NCBI GenBank assembly: GCA_038227875.1
Contig: JBBRPR010000004.1
Location: forward strand, 32,001-96,000
Direction of reading: 5' to 3'
Origin: Planctomycetota bacterium
GTDB taxonomy: Bacteria; Planctomycetota; SZUA-567; H5-PLA8
Length of the DNA: 64,000 nt
Shown here: one piece after another, positions 62,310-64,000 of the stretch
Position numbering within the stretch: the stretch's first letter is position 1
How the letters are laid out: each line of letters starts with the position of its first letter
Translations under genes and position numbers: made by a program
The notes under the pieces: generated by a model
Databases searched by the model: none
What the model saw: the letters and a program-made list of their open reading frames with translations, nothing else
Told to the model about the DNA's origin: nothing

Positions 62310-63998
62310 TCAAGGACGTGCGGCGAGGAAGCCCCAGAAATAGACCGCCGTCAGCGTCGTGGTGTCGAGACAGTTCTCGTTCATCATCGGGTAGATCCCG
62401 AAGTCGATGTACTGCTCGTTGGCCGGCCACGCGAAGAAATCCGGAACCATCTTCGGAGGCTGAAAATTCAGGTACCACTGCTGCACCCAGCCGCTCATGC
62501 CCCGCGCCATTTTGCTGGACTCATCGCCCTGCCCAAACGGGATATAGCCGACAGGCTGGTTCGGAAACTGCCCCGAAATCGCGGAATCCACTTTGAACGG
62601 AAAGTGCACGAACTTCTTCCCGATACCCGGGCAGTACGAAAGATTGTCCGGGTTCGCCCCGAGGCTGTAGTTGCACGCTTGGACGGCCGCGGCCAGATGC
62701 GAGCTCTTCTTCGAGAGCACATACGCCCGGATCAGATTGTACCCCCGCACGCCCGGCGCAGCGAAGTACGTGCACGGCCCGATCACCGGCAAATCCGTGC
62801 GCGCGCCGTTGATGATCTCAAACGCGTTCTTGTGGCTGAAGTCGATGGCGTAGTCGGCGTACGCGGAGAACATCTCGACGGCGCGCTTCTTTAACGCCGC
62901 GTCGGCCAGCTCATCAGGCAGCCGCGCATAGGTAAAATCGGCATCCGGCTGATCGAGGTACCGCGGCGCTTCCGGCTTGGTGAGCTCCGTGAGCTGCTTG
63001 AAGGCCTCGTGGTACGCAGGCTTCTTGGTGGTGGCGAAGAGTTCCAACGCGGCCCGGCAGCGCGAGCCCTTGATCGAGTTGCCGAAGTTCGGCCACATGT
63101 CTTTCTTGGCGATGAGGCGCTTGTAGACGGGGTCGCTGACGTTGCTGTGGCTCTCGGCCCAGTCGTAGGCTTTGATGGCCGACTCGAGGTACTCGGCGGA
63201 CTGCTTCTTGTCGAAGGCGCTAAGAATACGCGAAGCCTTCGCGGCGCACGCGGTGTAGTCGTAGCTGGTGACCTGATCGGGCGCGTAGACGCCGGCGGCT
63301 TTCACCATCGGGCTTGTCTGCGCTTTGCGGCAGCCCCAGCCTTCGCCGTATCCGCCGCGGACGCCGCCATCGGGCATCTGCAGGCGCTTGAAACAGGGCA
63401 GCTGCCACAGGGCTTCGTCGAGAAGATCGGGAATGGCGTTGGCCTGCTCGTCCTTGGGCAAAGACAGCTTCAGATTCGCGAAGTACTCGGGCGCGAGTTC
63501 GTACAGTTCGAGCATGATCGACGTGACGGCAAGATGGTGGCCGAGCGTATCCCAATCGCCGGCGTCCTGGTAGCCGCCCCAAACTCCCGTGACGCGCTCG
63601 AGTTTGCCGGCCTTCGCCAACTCGGCGAGATTGGCGCCGCGCTCGCCTTCCTGGCCTTCGTGGACGGACATGGTGAGCTGGTAGAACTCCACGCCATCGT
63701 CGGGATGGAACGCCCGCGCGCGTTTGAAGGCGCACATCGGCGGTCCGAGTTCGATGCCCTGGCGCTGGGTGAGAATGCCGAGCATCACGGTCTTGAACGG
63801 CGTCTCCCAGACGTCGCGCTTGAGGCTGAATTTTTCGCTGATGCCGATGCCGGGAACGTAGACGACGTAATCCCCGGGCGTGTTGAAGGCGCTGAAATCG
63901 AGGCGCTGCACGGCGGTGTTCGTGTAGTCCTTTTCCTCGTGGACACAGAGGCGCTCAACGGCGTCTTGAGCCTTGGTCAGTTCCGGTTTTCCGGTGAA
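62310..63998 (-). CDS. Glycoside hydrolase family 9, C-terminal part (5' end beyond window)
   Basis: GGYQDAGDW, PDLLDEALW, Y.LGANP...SY..G.G and C-terminal NE. Frame is open to the window edge. Confidence 0.85.
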   Translation of the reverse strand, partial: FTGKPELTKAQDAVERLCVHEEKDYTNTAVQRLDFSAFNTPGDYVVYVPGIGISEKFSLKRDVWETPFKTVMLGILTQRQGIELGPPMCAFKRARAFHPDDGVEFYQLTMSVHEGQEGERGANLAELAKAGKLERVTGVWGGYQDAGDWDTLGHHLAVTSIMLELYELAPEYFANLKLSLPKDEQANAIPDLLDEALWQLPCFKRLQMPDGGVRGGYGEGWGCRKAQTSPMVKAAGVYAPDQVTSYDYTACAAKASRILSAFDKKQSAEYLESAIKAYDWAESHSNVSDPVYKRLIAKKDMWPNFGNSIKGSRCRAALELFATTKKPAYHEAFKQLTELTKPEAPRYLDQPDADFTYARLPDELADAALKKRAVEMFSAYADYAIDFSHKNAFEIINGARTDLPVIGPCTYFAAPGVRGYNLIRAYVLSKKSSHLAAAVQACNYSLGANPDNLSYCPGIGKKFVHFPFKVDSAISGQFPNQPVGYIPFGQGDESSKMARGMSGWVQQWYLNFQPPKMVPDFFAWPANEQYIDFGIYPMMNENCLDTTTLTAVYFWGFLAARP

Positions 63999-64000
63999 GA

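Overview
GC-rich bacterial chromosomal window. It is probably Planctomycetota/PVC; this is inferred from a Rhodopirellula/Verrucomicrobium-type ECF sigma, an RRWFQLHLST N-terminal motif, an FHA-Ser/Thr kinase and several ECFs. Housekeeping genes are topA (5' part), dnaE2, dsbD, cca, fumC, an aguB-like hydrolase and pyk. Signalling genes are two hybrid histidine kinases, three ECF sigmas, and GntR/LacI, LysR, AraC, IclR, Fis-like and receiver regulators. Secreted products include large beta-helix, PKD, metalloprotease, kelch, CBM9-like and GH9 proteins. Low-GC islets carry orphan immunity-like genes. I recognised no rRNA, tRNA, CRISPR array or transposase. Five observations stand out. (1) A FecR-type anti-sigma gene has an internal RBS+ATG+signal-peptide-like segment, suggesting a nested in-frame secreted product. 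(2) The same 32-bp bipartite promoter motif lies upstream of its ECF sigma and of the neighbouring secreted protease. (3) Three unrelated large secreted proteins share a ~145-aa Lys-rich C-terminal domain, a candidate sorting or anchoring domain. (4) Two parS-like sites sit inside a longer composite palindrome, and there is a family of AAATTT-centred palindromes. (5) There are many intergenic heptamer arrays and REP-like hairpin elements. All calls are by-eye motif recognition; no database searches were run.
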